From Clostridia bacterium (GTDB lineage Bacteria; Bacillota; Clostridia; Christensenellales; Aristaeellaceae), in assembly GCA_017523615.1 (NCBI GenBank), contig JAFWWK010000007.1, positions 5,582 through 69,581 of the forward strand: DNA of 64,000 nt, written 5' to 3'. The translations under genes and the position numbers were made by a program. The notes beneath the pieces were generated by a model. That model had not been told where the DNA came from and ran no database searches. It saw only the letters and a list, made by a program, of their open reading frames with translations. This document shows positions 1-8,666 of the stretch, piece by piece; position 1 is the stretch's first letter, and each line of letters opens with the position of its first letter.

Positions 1-292
1 CCCGCTTTGCTGGATGAGGACGTGTAACGATATGTCCAGATAAGGAAGAACGCGCTGCAGAACGAAAAAAGCGATGGCATAGAGGAAGAAAGTATCGGGC
101 GATCCAGCGGACGCCCCGGAAACGGTTCTTTTGATCCACAGCTGGAGGGATCAGTCTGATCCCGATCCCAACACGCAAGCCCCATGTTGCCACAGCCTGC
201 GGCGCTAAAATAAAAAAACGATCTGCATATGACAGCAGAGCGTCTTGCGATTGAAGACCTCGAGGGGACGAAAAATGATAAGGGAGTAAATC

Positions 293-823
293 ATGAAGCT
301 GTATCATACGGGAAATACGGAGATCAGGGACCCCAATATCCGGCGCGGACGCAAAAACGCAGACTTCGGACAGGGCTTTTACCTGTCGCCGGACATGGAA
401 TTCGCATACCGCTGGGCAGGCAAGGATGCGATCGTCAATGAATATGATCTGGTCGAAAGCGGCCTGTATATCCATCGATTCCGCCGCGACGAGGAGTGGT
501 TTGAATATATTTTCAACAACCGCAGGGCAAACGACAGCCTGTCGGCGGACGTCGTGATCGGCCCGATCGCCAACGACACGATCTTTGAAACCTTCGGGAT
601 CATCAGCAGCGGTTTTCTGAAAACCGAAGACGCCATGAAGCTGCTATTGGTCGGTCCGGTGTACACTCAGGTGGCCATCAAAACAGAAAAGGCGGCAAAG
701 CAATTAAGATGGGACCGCTCCGTGCGGATCGAAAAAGCGGATAGGGACCTAAAAAAAGCGGATCTGGAAAATTATCAGGCGGATTTTGCCCGGGCTGTCA
801 GGGAGATCGTTGGGGAAGAATAA
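293..823 (+). CDS. DUF3990 domain-containing protein
   Basis: 176-aa ORF with RBS AAGGGAG about 6 nt upstream of the ATG. The N-terminus MKLYHTGNTEI...GRKNADFGQGFYLSPD resembles the DUF3990 signature as I recall it. No signal peptide or TM segment. Confidence 0.7.
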   Translation: MKLYHTGNTEIRDPNIRRGRKNADFGQGFYLSPDMEFAYRWAGKDAIVNEYDLVESGLYIHRFRRDEEWFEYIFNNRRANDSLSADVVIGPIANDTIFETFGIISSGFLKTEDAMKLLLVGPVYTQVAIKTEKAAKQLRWDRSVRIEKADRDLKKADLENYQADFARAVREIVGEE

Positions 824-897
824 AGACACAAACTGAAAAAACATCCCTTGCCGGTCCCTCATCATCCGTTATTGATCAAAATATATCGGATATGACG

Positions 898-926
898 TTG
901 ACATGGAGCCTGACGACGGATATACT
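898..926 (+). promoter_or_regulatory. sigmaA-type promoter for the downstream membrane-protein gene
   Basis: TTGACA (898-903), 17 nt, TATACT (921-926), about 60 nt upstream of the ATG at 985. Confidence 0.5.
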
Positions 927-984
927 GTTTCAAATCTTAAGGGCTGGGACAGCATCCCGGTTTTTCCGGAAAGGAAGGTTCCGT

Positions 985-1527
985 ATGACCGTTTCAGGCT
1001 CTCCCCTTCGCCGCGGTTCGGTCCTCTGGATGGCGCATACCGCCATCCTGATGGGTATGAACATCGTGCTGAGCATGAGTGTTTTCAGCATCCCGGTGCC
1101 GGGCGGGCACCTGTATTTCTGTGATACGGTGATCAATATCGCCGCCATATTGCTGGACCCGCTGTCGGCCTTCATCGTCGGCGGCATAGGTTCTTTCCTG
1201 GGGGATTTCTTCTTCTATCCCGCCCCGATGTTCGTATCCCTTTTCTCCCACGGTCTGCAGGCCGTCGCCGTATCCATGATCGCCCACAAGGTCATGAGCA
1301 AAAAACCAGTTTTTTCCTCCTCCCTCGCGGTGACCGTGGGGGGGCTCATCATGGTGGCCGGCTACACCCTGGGCCGCGCGTTTGTATATTCCACACCGGA
1401 ATACGCTGTCATCAAGCTGCCCTTCGAGTTTCTCCAGGCTGCTTTCGGGGCCGTCGCCGCGGTGGTCCTGTTGTATCCTCTGGGCCTGAAGCGGATCCAC
1501 GGCACAATCCTCCGCGGGATCAAATAA
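985..1527 (+). CDS. ECF-transporter S-component-like polytopic membrane protein (substrate unknown)
   Basis: Track ORF 892-1527 trimmed to the ATG at 985, which has RBS AAGGAAGG 6 nt upstream and lies downstream of the promoter at 898-926. About 180 aa and about 6 hydrophobic helices, a size and topology typical of ECF S components. The family call is tentative. Confidence 0.45.
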   Translation: MTVSGSPLRRGSVLWMAHTAILMGMNIVLSMSVFSIPVPGGHLYFCDTVINIAAILLDPLSAFIVGGIGSFLGDFFFYPAPMFVSLFSHGLQAVAVSMIAHKVMSKKPVFSSSLAVTVGGLIMVAGYTLGRAFVYSTPEYAVIKLPFEFLQAAFGAVAAVVLLYPLGLKRIHGTILRGIK

Positions 1528-1536
1528 AATCGGCGT

Positions 1537-1815
1537 TCATCTTAAGAAGAACCAGTACCCTGCAAAAAGAAGGCCAGCCTGGATGAGCAGGAACAGAGGG
1601 AAAAACACCCGGAAGTACCAGTGTTTTGTCTTGTGACGGCACAGAAACATGCCAAGGACGCCCCCGAACCCCCCAAAGCAGGCAGCCGCAATAAACAGCG
1701 TCTTTTCCGACACCCGCCATTTGCCATTCCTGGCACACTGTTTGTCATAAGCCATCAGGAAAAAAGAGACCAGGTTCGTTATAAGGAGCAGGGCTCCCAC
1801 GATCAACAGCTTCAT
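1537..1815 (-). CDS. DUF1294 domain-containing membrane protein
   Basis: 92 aa. The motif AYDKQCARNGKWRVSEKTLFIAAACFGGFGGVLGMFLCRHKTKH matches the DUF1294 signature (DK..A....WR..E..L......GG..G......HKT.H). RBS AGGAG. Confidence 0.85.
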   Translation of the reverse strand: MKLLIVGALLLITNLVSFFLMAYDKQCARNGKWRVSEKTLFIAAACFGGFGGVLGMFLCRHKTKHWYFRVFFPLFLLIQAGLLFAGYWFFLR

Positions 1816-1829
1816 ATCTTTCTCCTAAT

Positions 1830-2534
1830 TTAACTTGCGCCTTTCCTTAAGGGGCGGAGACCGGGGCAGAATACCAGCAGGGAATCCTTCAGCCGCTGAT
1901 GCGTCACTCGGGATGCATCGAAACGGACCACACGGAATGCCGTCTGCATGACCGGACCGGTGCACAGAGCGCAGATCACCGTACCTATCCCCACCGGGCC
2001 GCCCAGCAGCCAGCCGATCAGTGTCGCTGAGGAAAGCAGCGCGATGCTGACAGCGCCGATGGGAATGTGCCTGAGCTTTTTATCCAGGCCGACCAGTAGC
2101 GTATCCCGGGGCCCGCAGCCCAGGGCCGCCGACATATAAGTGAACTGGGTAAAAGCAAGGATGACCAGGCCCAAGAACATGACCGGGATGCCCGTCCACA
2201 GGGAAGCGCAGTCAGGCACGGCATGGATCGCATCGAAAAAGTCCACAGCCTTGCCAACCACCACCGCGTCGATAAACATCGCGATGCCGATGGGCTCCTT
2301 CATCAGGACGTCGATGATCAGGATGGTCACTGACACGGCGATGGACGCCGTCCCATACAGGATGCCCAGGCTTTTAGACAGGCCCAGGTTGAGCACGTCC
2401 CAGGGCGCAGCACCCAGGTTGGCACGGATGGTCAGGTAGACCCCGAACCCGTTGACAAACAGGCTGAGAGCCGCGATCAGCATATTCAGGACGATTGCAA
2501 GAGGTGTCCTGTTTTCCCTCAGATCTTTTTGCAT
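1830..2534 (-). CDS. YczE/YitT-like membrane protein
   Basis: 234 aa, polytopic. The N-terminal FGVYLTIRANLGAAPWDVLNLGLS resembles B. subtilis YczE-type proteins. RBS GGAGG. Lies 14 nt upstream of the DUF1294 gene on the same strand. Confidence 0.65.
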   Translation of the reverse strand: MQKDLRENRTPLAIVLNMLIAALSLFVNGFGVYLTIRANLGAAPWDVLNLGLSKSLGILYGTASIAVSVTILIIDVLMKEPIGIAMFIDAVVVGKAVDFFDAIHAVPDCASLWTGIPVMFLGLVILAFTQFTYMSAALGCGPRDTLLVGLDKKLRHIPIGAVSIALLSSATLIGWLLGGPVGIGTVICALCTGPVMQTAFRVVRFDASRVTHQRLKDSLLVFCPGLRPLRKGAS

Positions 2535-2584
2535 GGCCGTTTATCCTCCAACGCCCGGCGTTGCCGAGGTCATCCGACGCCGCC

Positions 2585-3394
2585 TCAAGCAAAAATGCGG
2601 ATGAGGCTCGCAGCCTTCGGGATCAGGCAGGGGACCTCTCCCCCGTATTTCGCGTCCAGATAATCCGAAAAGGCTTCCGGGTCGGCACTGTTATCGGCAA
2701 ACATATCCCAATGCCCGGGAACGGCCAGCCCCGGCCGCAGTTCTCCCGCCAGATCCGCCGCTTCCTGGAAGGTCATGTTGCCGATGCAGTCGCGGCGGTA
2801 TCTTTTGGCATCCCGGCCATTGATGGGGAGCAGCGCAAGATTCATCGGGCCAAGCGCCTTCAGCTTCGGAAGCATCCCTTCATAGCGCAGGGTATCTCCG
2901 GCGTGGTAAATGCGGACCCCATTCCCCTCAATAACGTACTGCAGGCAGGGATAAGTCCCGGATGACACATCCCGGCGAAGGAATTCATGAGCGGCGGCCA
3001 CGGCGCGGACAGTCACGTTCCCGATCCTCACCGTTTCTCCGTCGTCCATGCCCAGGCACTTTTCCTCCCGAACGCCGTCCCGGAGGACGGATGCCAGATG
3101 CGCCCTGGGAAAGACAAAAAACGCGTCCGGGCAGTTTTTTGCCCAGACCTGCCAAGCCGCATGATCAATATGGTCAAGATGGTCATGGGTGCCGATGAAT
3201 ACGTCGACACCCATGACCTGATCCATGGGCACCGGAGGCGGAGTGCGGCGGTCGGGCGAATCGGATGCGTAATAGTCAACGCAAAGGACCGTCTCCCCCA
3301 GTTTGATCATTAGGCCCATCTGGCCCAGCCACCACACTGCGGCGCCGCCAGAGGATACCTTTTCTTCCAGGACCGACTGAAGAAACCCGTTCAT
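2585..3394 (-). CDS. MBL-fold metallo-hydrolase (UlaG-like)
   Basis: 269 aa with the GTHDHLDH metal-binding motif and later HAGD/PGHWD motifs. Its ATG overlaps the MerR stop codon (ATGA). Confidence 0.85.
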   Translation of the reverse strand: MNGFLQSVLEEKVSSGGAAVWWLGQMGLMIKLGETVLCVDYYASDSPDRRTPPPVPMDQVMGVDVFIGTHDHLDHIDHAAWQVWAKNCPDAFFVFPRAHLASVLRDGVREEKCLGMDDGETVRIGNVTVRAVAAAHEFLRRDVSSGTYPCLQYVIEGNGVRIYHAGDTLRYEGMLPKLKALGPMNLALLPINGRDAKRYRRDCIGNMTFQEAADLAGELRPGLAVPGHWDMFADNSADPEAFSDYLDAKYGGEVPCLIPKAASLIRIFA

Positions 3395-3777
3395 TTCTTA
3401 TCCGCCTCCCGCTCTTCATAGGTCCGGAGCTTTTCAGAAAAGAAATTCAGTTTCCATGTCACCTTGTCCAGGTGCTTCTGCATTTCCGACATCCGTTCGA
3501 TCACGGCCTCCCGGTGCTGCCGGAGCATTTCCACCCGTTCCTTCAGCGTGTGCTCGCCCTGGTGCGTCAGTTCGACAAAACGGCCGATCTCCTGCAGGGA
3601 CATCCCGGTGTTTTTCAGGCAGCAGATAAGGCCAAGGGACTCCAGATCCTCGTCGGTATACTGGCGAAAACCGCCCCGGCTGCGTTCTACGCCCGTAATC
3701 AGTCCTTCCTTTTCGTAATAGCGCAGGGTATGAGCCGACAAGCCTGTTTTTTTGCTGACATCCTGAATGGAATACAT
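3391..3777 (-). CDS. MerR family transcriptional regulator
   Basis: Start moved to MYSIQDVSKKTGLSAHTLRYYEKEGLI, which has RBS GGGAGG 7 nt upstream. Canonical MerR N-terminal HTH followed by a coiled-coil. No Cys-rich metal site is evident. Confidence 0.9.
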   Translation of the reverse strand: MYSIQDVSKKTGLSAHTLRYYEKEGLITGVERSRGGFRQYTDEDLESLGLICCLKNTGMSLQEIGRFVELTHQGEHTLKERVEMLRQHREAVIERMSEMQKHLDKVTWKLNFFSEKLRTYEEREADKK

Positions 3778-3798
3778 AAAATTTCCTCCCGAAAACAA

Positions 3799-3829
3799 TC
3801 GACTTAGAGTGAACTTGAAGGATTATGAT
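3799..3829 (+). promoter_or_regulatory. MerR-type promoter (19-nt spacer) with internal dyad, driving the GH10 operon
   Basis: TCGACT (3799-3804), 19 nt, TATGAT (3824-3829). The spacer contains the imperfect dyad CTTAGAGTGAACTTGAAG (3803-3820; 6 of 9 symmetric pairs). A 19-nt spacer with an internal dyad is the hallmark geometry of MerR-activated promoters. Confidence 0.45.
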
Positions 3830-3887
3830 GAAGATAATAACAGGTTTTGTTCCGGTTGTCAACCTGATCTGACGTAAGGAGGATAAC

Positions 3888-5108
3888 ATGGATGCACTTA
3901 AACACCGGCAGGCGGCTGCCCGCCTGCTCATCCTTGATCACGACGGAACGCCCGCGGCGAACCGTCCCGTAACGGTGGACCAGGTGTCCCACCGCTTCCT
4001 TTTTGGCAGCGGCGCTTTCGACGCGGTAGCCATGATGAAAACCCAGGACGAAGAACGCCGGTCCTTCCTGAAGGAGCGTATGGACAAATGGTTTGGGCTG
4101 TTCAATTACGGCACCCTCCCCTTCTACTGGGGACGCTACGAGCCGGAGGAAGGCCGTACAGCCTATACCGAGACCATGGCCGCGGCACGATATCTGAGGG
4201 AACGCGGCGCCGCGGTCAAAGGGCATCCGCTCTGCTGGCATACGGCCTGCGCCCCCTGGCTTTTGAAATACTCCAACGAGGAGATCGTGTCCCGGCAATT
4301 GGAGCGTATCCGCCGGGATGTATCCGCTTTCCGGGACGTGATCGGCCTTTGGGATGTGATCAACGAAGTCGTGATCATGCCGGAATTTGACCGTTACGAC
4401 AACGCCATTACCCGCATCTGTAAGGATCTGGGACGTGTAGGGCTGGTCCGCGAGGTGTTCGCAGCTGCGAAGGAAACCGATCCCGGAGCGGTGCTCCTGA
4501 TCAATGACTTCAATACCGGCAAAGCTTACGAAGACCTGGTGGGATCTCTTCTTGATGCCGGTGTTCCCATCGGCGCCATCGGCATCCAAAGTCACCAGCA
4601 TCAGGGCTACTGGGGCCTTGAAAAGCTGAACGACGTGCTGCGCCGTTTTTCACGCTTCGGCCTTCCGATCCATTTTACCGAGAATACCCTGATCTCCGGT
4701 GATCTGATGCCGCCCCACATTGTGGACCTGAACGACTGGCAGGTGGACCGCTGGCCCTCCACGGAGGAAGGCGAGGAACGCCAGGCCCGGGAAATGGCGG
4801 AAATGTATTCGGTGCTCTTTGCCCATCCCCTGGTGGAGGCCATCACCACCTGGGATTTCAACGACGGCTGCTGGCTGAAGGCCCCCTCCGGCCTTGTCCG
4901 CGAGGACAACAGCAAAAAGCCCTGTTACCGCGCGCTTATGGGATTGATCCATGGGGACTGGGAGACGCATCCGGAGCTCGTGACGGATCAGGATGGGTAC
5001 CTGTCTTTTACCGGTTTCAAAGGCGGATACACCCTCGCCTGCGGCGGCGGCCAGGCCGGGCTTGAGCTGACCGACAACATGAACGGTCAGGTCACGCTGA
5101 CACGATAA
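3888..5108 (+). CDS. glycoside hydrolase family 10-like (endo-1,4-beta-xylanase fold), no signal peptide
   Basis: 406 aa with RBS AGGAGG. Motifs: LPFYWGRYEPEEG, GHPLCWH, WDVINEV (acid/base Glu context), IGIQSH, IHFTENT (nucleophile Glu context; diverges from the classical ITELD). Confidence 0.75.
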   Translation: MDALKHRQAAARLLILDHDGTPAANRPVTVDQVSHRFLFGSGAFDAVAMMKTQDEERRSFLKERMDKWFGLFNYGTLPFYWGRYEPEEGRTAYTETMAAARYLRERGAAVKGHPLCWHTACAPWLLKYSNEEIVSRQLERIRRDVSAFRDVIGLWDVINEVVIMPEFDRYDNAITRICKDLGRVGLVREVFAAAKETDPGAVLLINDFNTGKAYEDLVGSLLDAGVPIGAIGIQSHQHQGYWGLEKLNDVLRRFSRFGLPIHFTENTLISGDLMPPHIVDLNDWQVDRWPSTEEGEERQAREMAEMYSVLFAHPLVEAITTWDFNDGCWLKAPSGLVREDNSKKPCYRALMGLIHGDWETHPELVTDQDGYLSFTGFKGGYTLACGGGQAGLELTDNMNGQVTLTR

Positions 5109-5118
5109 AAGGAGTCCG

Positions 5119-6753
5119 ATGCCGATGATCCAAACTGAAAAAGGAAGCTCTCTCTTCCGTGTGAGCCAGGTCGGCTATGCCGCCGGGCTGCCCGTCCGCG
5201 CGGCTGTCCTTGCGGAAGGCCCCGTACACCTGACGGACGAAAACGGGAATACGGTGCGCGAAATAAGTTTCAACGTGCCAGAGCTTGACGAGGTGTCCGG
5301 TGACCGGGCTGAGCTCCTGGACCTTGGCTGTCTGGATGAAGGCGTCTGGGGTCTTGCCTGCGCTGGGGAAACGCGCTTCTTTTCCGTCCGGCGGCGGCCG
5401 TGGCGCCAGATCACGAACGCCCTGATCAAAGGGCTGTATTATCAGCGCTGCGAGTGTGCCTTGGACAGCGCTCACGCAGGAGTCTACACCCACCCGGCGT
5501 GCCATACGGCGCCCGCTGTTTTGTGGGAGGACCGCACCGTCAGCCTCCGCATCCCCGGCGGCTGGCATGACGCCGGGGATTATGGCAAATACGTCGGTCC
5601 CGGCGCCGTGGCGGCGGCTCACCTGATGTACGCGCATCTCCTTTTCCCGGAAGGATGCTCGGATCCACTGGATATCCCGGAGACCGGGAACGGCATTCCC
5701 GATATCCTTAACGAAGCAAAATACGAGCTGGAATGGATCCTGCGGATGCAGAAGCCCGATGGGGCGTTTCATCATAAGCTGGCGAAGGCCCGCTTCGCTC
5801 CCTTCATCATGCCCCAAGACGATACGCAGACCGAGTACCTGATGCCGGTATCCCACTGCGCTACCGCGGCCGCCAGCGCGTGCCTGGCCCTGGGCAGCCG
5901 GGTATACCGCGAATATGATGCCGCCTTTGCCAACGCCATGCTCCTGTCCGCCCTGCGGGGCTGGAAATGGCTCAAGGATCATCCTGATTTTTTCCCCTTC
6001 AAAAACCCCGAAGGCGTCAGGACCGGACAGTACGGCGAACAGACTGACGCGGATGACCGTTTCTGGGCCGCGTGTGAGCTGTACGCCGCCACCGGGAACA
6101 TATCCTTCCGCCGCGAAGCGGAGGAACTGTATGCCCGCGGTCAGAACCTAACCTGTTTCGGATGGGCAGATGTTGGCGGGATGGGGGCGCTCTGCTGCCT
6201 GTTCTGCCTGAAAGAGAAGTCCGGAGATATCCTGTACGCGGATCTGAAGCGGGACTTTCTTTCTCAGAGCGCTCAAGCCCTGGAATTGTCCGAAAGATCA
6301 GCTTATGGGACCTCCCTTTCACCCGAGGGGTATGTCTGGGGCAGCATTTTACCTATAATGAGCCACGCAGCGGCGATGATCGCGGATCACCTTTTGACCG
6401 GGAACGTCAGAATGCGTGACGCCGCCCTTGTCCAATGGTCCTATGCCCTGGGATTGAACGCCCTTGATATCTGCTTTGTCACGGGCTTCGGCGAAAACAG
6501 CGTGATGAATCCGCACCATCGGCCCTCAGGCTCGGACGGCATCGACGCTCCTGTGCCCGGTCTGATATCCAGCGGCCCCAACAAACGCTTTCCCTACTCC
6601 GCCACCAGGGAACGGCTGGGCGATACGCCGCCCGCCAGGTTTTTCCTGGACGAAACGCCCTCGGCCGACACCAACGAGATCGCAGTCTACTGGAACTCCA
6701 TCGCAATTTTGGTCGCATCCTTTTTCAACCGGAATTTTAAGGAGGAACAATAA
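5119..6753 (+). CDS. glycoside hydrolase family 9 (endoglucanase/cellodextrinase) with N-terminal Ig-like domain, no signal peptide
   Basis: 544 aa. Carries the GGWHDAGDYGKY GH9 signature, a CelD_N-like N-terminus (FRVSQVGYAAGLPVRAAVL), and C-terminal DTNEIAVYWNS. Confidence 0.9.
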   Translation: MPMIQTEKGSSLFRVSQVGYAAGLPVRAAVLAEGPVHLTDENGNTVREISFNVPELDEVSGDRAELLDLGCLDEGVWGLACAGETRFFSVRRRPWRQITNALIKGLYYQRCECALDSAHAGVYTHPACHTAPAVLWEDRTVSLRIPGGWHDAGDYGKYVGPGAVAAAHLMYAHLLFPEGCSDPLDIPETGNGIPDILNEAKYELEWILRMQKPDGAFHHKLAKARFAPFIMPQDDTQTEYLMPVSHCATAAASACLALGSRVYREYDAAFANAMLLSALRGWKWLKDHPDFFPFKNPEGVRTGQYGEQTDADDRFWAACELYAATGNISFRREAEELYARGQNLTCFGWADVGGMGALCCLFCLKEKSGDILYADLKRDFLSQSAQALELSERSAYGTSLSPEGYVWGSILPIMSHAAAMIADHLLTGNVRMRDAALVQWSYALGLNALDICFVTGFGENSVMNPHHRPSGSDGIDAPVPGLISSGPNKRFPYSATRERLGDTPPARFFLDETPSADTNEIAVYWNSIAILVASFFNRNFKEEQ

Positions 6754-7887
6754 ATGCAGTACCGTACCATGGGAAAGCTCGGCATCCGGACATCCGCGTT
6801 CGGGCTGGGATGCATGCGTTTCAACGGGCCGGCCTCCGGAGACAGCGTCATCGACGAAGCGAAAGCCGTCTCCCTGATCCGCCGAGCCATCGACGGCGGC
6901 GTGACCTACCTTGACACCGCGTATGTATACCTGGATAAGACCTCCGAGACCGTCCTCGGCGAAGCCCTTCTGGACGGCTATCGGGACAAGGTGACCATCG
7001 CGACCAAAATGCCCATGGAGTACGTTCATGACAGGGCTGAAATGGAAGCGCTGCTGGAATCGGAGCTCAAAAAACTTAGGACGGATCATATCGATTTTTA
7101 CCTGATGCACGGAATCGATCTGAAAAAATGGCAATACTTCAAATCCATCGGCGCGCCGGAATTCTTTGACGACATGAAAAAAGAAGGAAAGATCCGCTAC
7201 AAGTGCTTCTCTTTCCACGGTCCATATGAAGATTTTGAGTATATCCTTCAGGACAATGACTGGGATATGGTGCAGATCCAGTACAATTTTATGGACGTCG
7301 AAAACCAGGCGGGCACCCGTGGCTTGGAGCTTGCCGGCAGGCTTGGCATCCCCGTGGTGATCATGGAAGGGCTCCTGGGAGGCAGGCTCTCAAAAGCTCC
7401 CTCCAACGTACAGGCCCTGTATGACGCTTTCCCCGTAAAGCGCTCCCCCGTGGAATGGGCCTTCCGCTGGCTGTGCAACCATCCGGAAATCGAGGTGGTG
7501 CTGTCCGGCTGCAACGAAACGGAACAGGTCGACGACAACCTGCGTATCTTTGACACAGTGGCCCCGGGGATCATGACCGAGGATGAACTCCGACTGATGG
7601 ATAATGTTCGCGAAGCCTACCTCAGCCGCACCAAAGCGGGCTGCACCGGCTGCAGGTACTGCATGCCGTGTCCCAACGGGGTGAATATCCCCGGGATCTT
7701 TTCTGCATGGAACAATGTATCCCTGTACGATACCGATCCCAGATGGGACTGGAACCTGAAACAAATCAGGGAAAAGGACAGCGGCGCCGACCGCTGCGTC
7801 GGATGCGGCGCCTGCGAGGCGGCATGCCCGCAGCATCTTTCCATCATCGATCTTTTACGGGACGCCTGGCGTGAATTGAAGGTATGA
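6754..7887 (+). CDS. aldo/keto reductase with C-terminal 4Fe-4S ferredoxin-type domain
   Basis: 377 aa, with the ATG directly after the GH9 stop. N-terminal AKR fold (GLGCMRF...GVTYLDTAYVY) and two Cys clusters, CTGCRYCMPCP and CVGCGACEAACP. Confidence 0.9.
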   Translation: MQYRTMGKLGIRTSAFGLGCMRFNGPASGDSVIDEAKAVSLIRRAIDGGVTYLDTAYVYLDKTSETVLGEALLDGYRDKVTIATKMPMEYVHDRAEMEALLESELKKLRTDHIDFYLMHGIDLKKWQYFKSIGAPEFFDDMKKEGKIRYKCFSFHGPYEDFEYILQDNDWDMVQIQYNFMDVENQAGTRGLELAGRLGIPVVIMEGLLGGRLSKAPSNVQALYDAFPVKRSPVEWAFRWLCNHPEIEVVLSGCNETEQVDDNLRIFDTVAPGIMTEDELRLMDNVREAYLSRTKAGCTGCRYCMPCPNGVNIPGIFSAWNNVSLYDTDPRWDWNLKQIREKDSGADRCVGCGACEAACPQHLSIIDLLRDAWRELKV

Positions 7888-7910
7888 TAAAAAGAAAGGA
7901 GATCATCGTC

Positions 7911-8627
7911 ATGCCTCAGACCGTTCTGATCACAGGTACCGGAAGGCCTTATGCCCTGGGCTTCAATCTGGTAAAACGTTATCTTGAAAACGGCGACCGT
8001 GTATTTGCCAGTGTCCGCCGCCCCTCCAAAGCGCTGGCGGAACTGCAAAACCAGTATCAAGGTACGCTCCATATCCTGAATATGGATATCGCCTCCACCG
8101 CCTCGGTGAACGCCGCAGCCGCGGAGTGTGCAAAACTGACCGACAGCCTGGATCTTGTCATCAACAACGCCACCACCGCCTCCGCAGATACGATGAAGGA
8201 ACTTCCTGATTTTGACCTGGACCTGGTAGCCCCCGCCGTCAACGTAGGCGCAGTCGGTCCCATCCGGGTGCTGAAGGCTTTCCTGCCCCTGCTGAAAAAA
8301 AGCGCGATCGGCGCGCTGGTGGTCAATATTTCCTCAGAGGCCGGCAGCATCGGCAAATGCTACCGCACCTTCTACCTGGATTACGGCACGGAAAAAGCTG
8401 CCCTGAATATGCTGACCATGACCATGCACAACTATTTCCGGAACGACCCCAGCTTGAACATCATCTGCCTGCATCCCGGCTGGATGAGGACCAATCCCGG
8501 CAACAACGAAGCTCCCCTGGTCCCCTATGAACATGCCGAAACGCTTAGGCTCCTTTTTGAGAAAAAGCGGCACGACAAAAACGGCCCCGTCTTTATCACC
8601 TGGACCGGGGAACCGTATCCCTGGTAA
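7911..8627 (+). CDS. SDR family oxidoreductase
   Basis: Start set at the ATG at 7911 (AGGAG 9 nt upstream) rather than the track start at 7884. Motifs: VLITGTGRPYALG (Rossmann), NNAT, ISSEAG, YGTEK (YxxxK). Confidence 0.85.
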   Translation: MPQTVLITGTGRPYALGFNLVKRYLENGDRVFASVRRPSKALAELQNQYQGTLHILNMDIASTASVNAAAAECAKLTDSLDLVINNATTASADTMKELPDFDLDLVAPAVNVGAVGPIRVLKAFLPLLKKSAIGALVVNISSEAGSIGKCYRTFYLDYGTEKAALNMLTMTMHNYFRNDPSLNIICLHPGWMRTNPGNNEAPLVPYEHAETLRLLFEKKRHDKNGPVFITWTGEPYPW

Positions 8628-8666
8628 CGCAGGTAAAAAAACGGGGCGTAAAATATGTGGGAATGA

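Noticed and set aside
1-187. A minus-strand frame open to the window start (MGLACWDRDQTDPSS...), and a plus-strand frame ending PALLDEDV* at 27.
   Set aside because: The fragments are too short, with no RBS or recognisable motif. Neither can be supported as coding from this window alone.
229-441. 70-aa ORF overlapping the DUF3990 start.
   Set aside because: It is out of frame with, and overlapping, a gene that has a good RBS and family signature. Its product is low-complexity.
927-984. preQ1, TPP, FMN or THF riboswitch upstream of the ECF-S-like gene.
   Set aside because: The leader is about 50 nt and lacks the conserved cores I remember for these classes. For example, there is no A-rich tail or CCC core of preQ1-I, and no CTGAGA of TPP.
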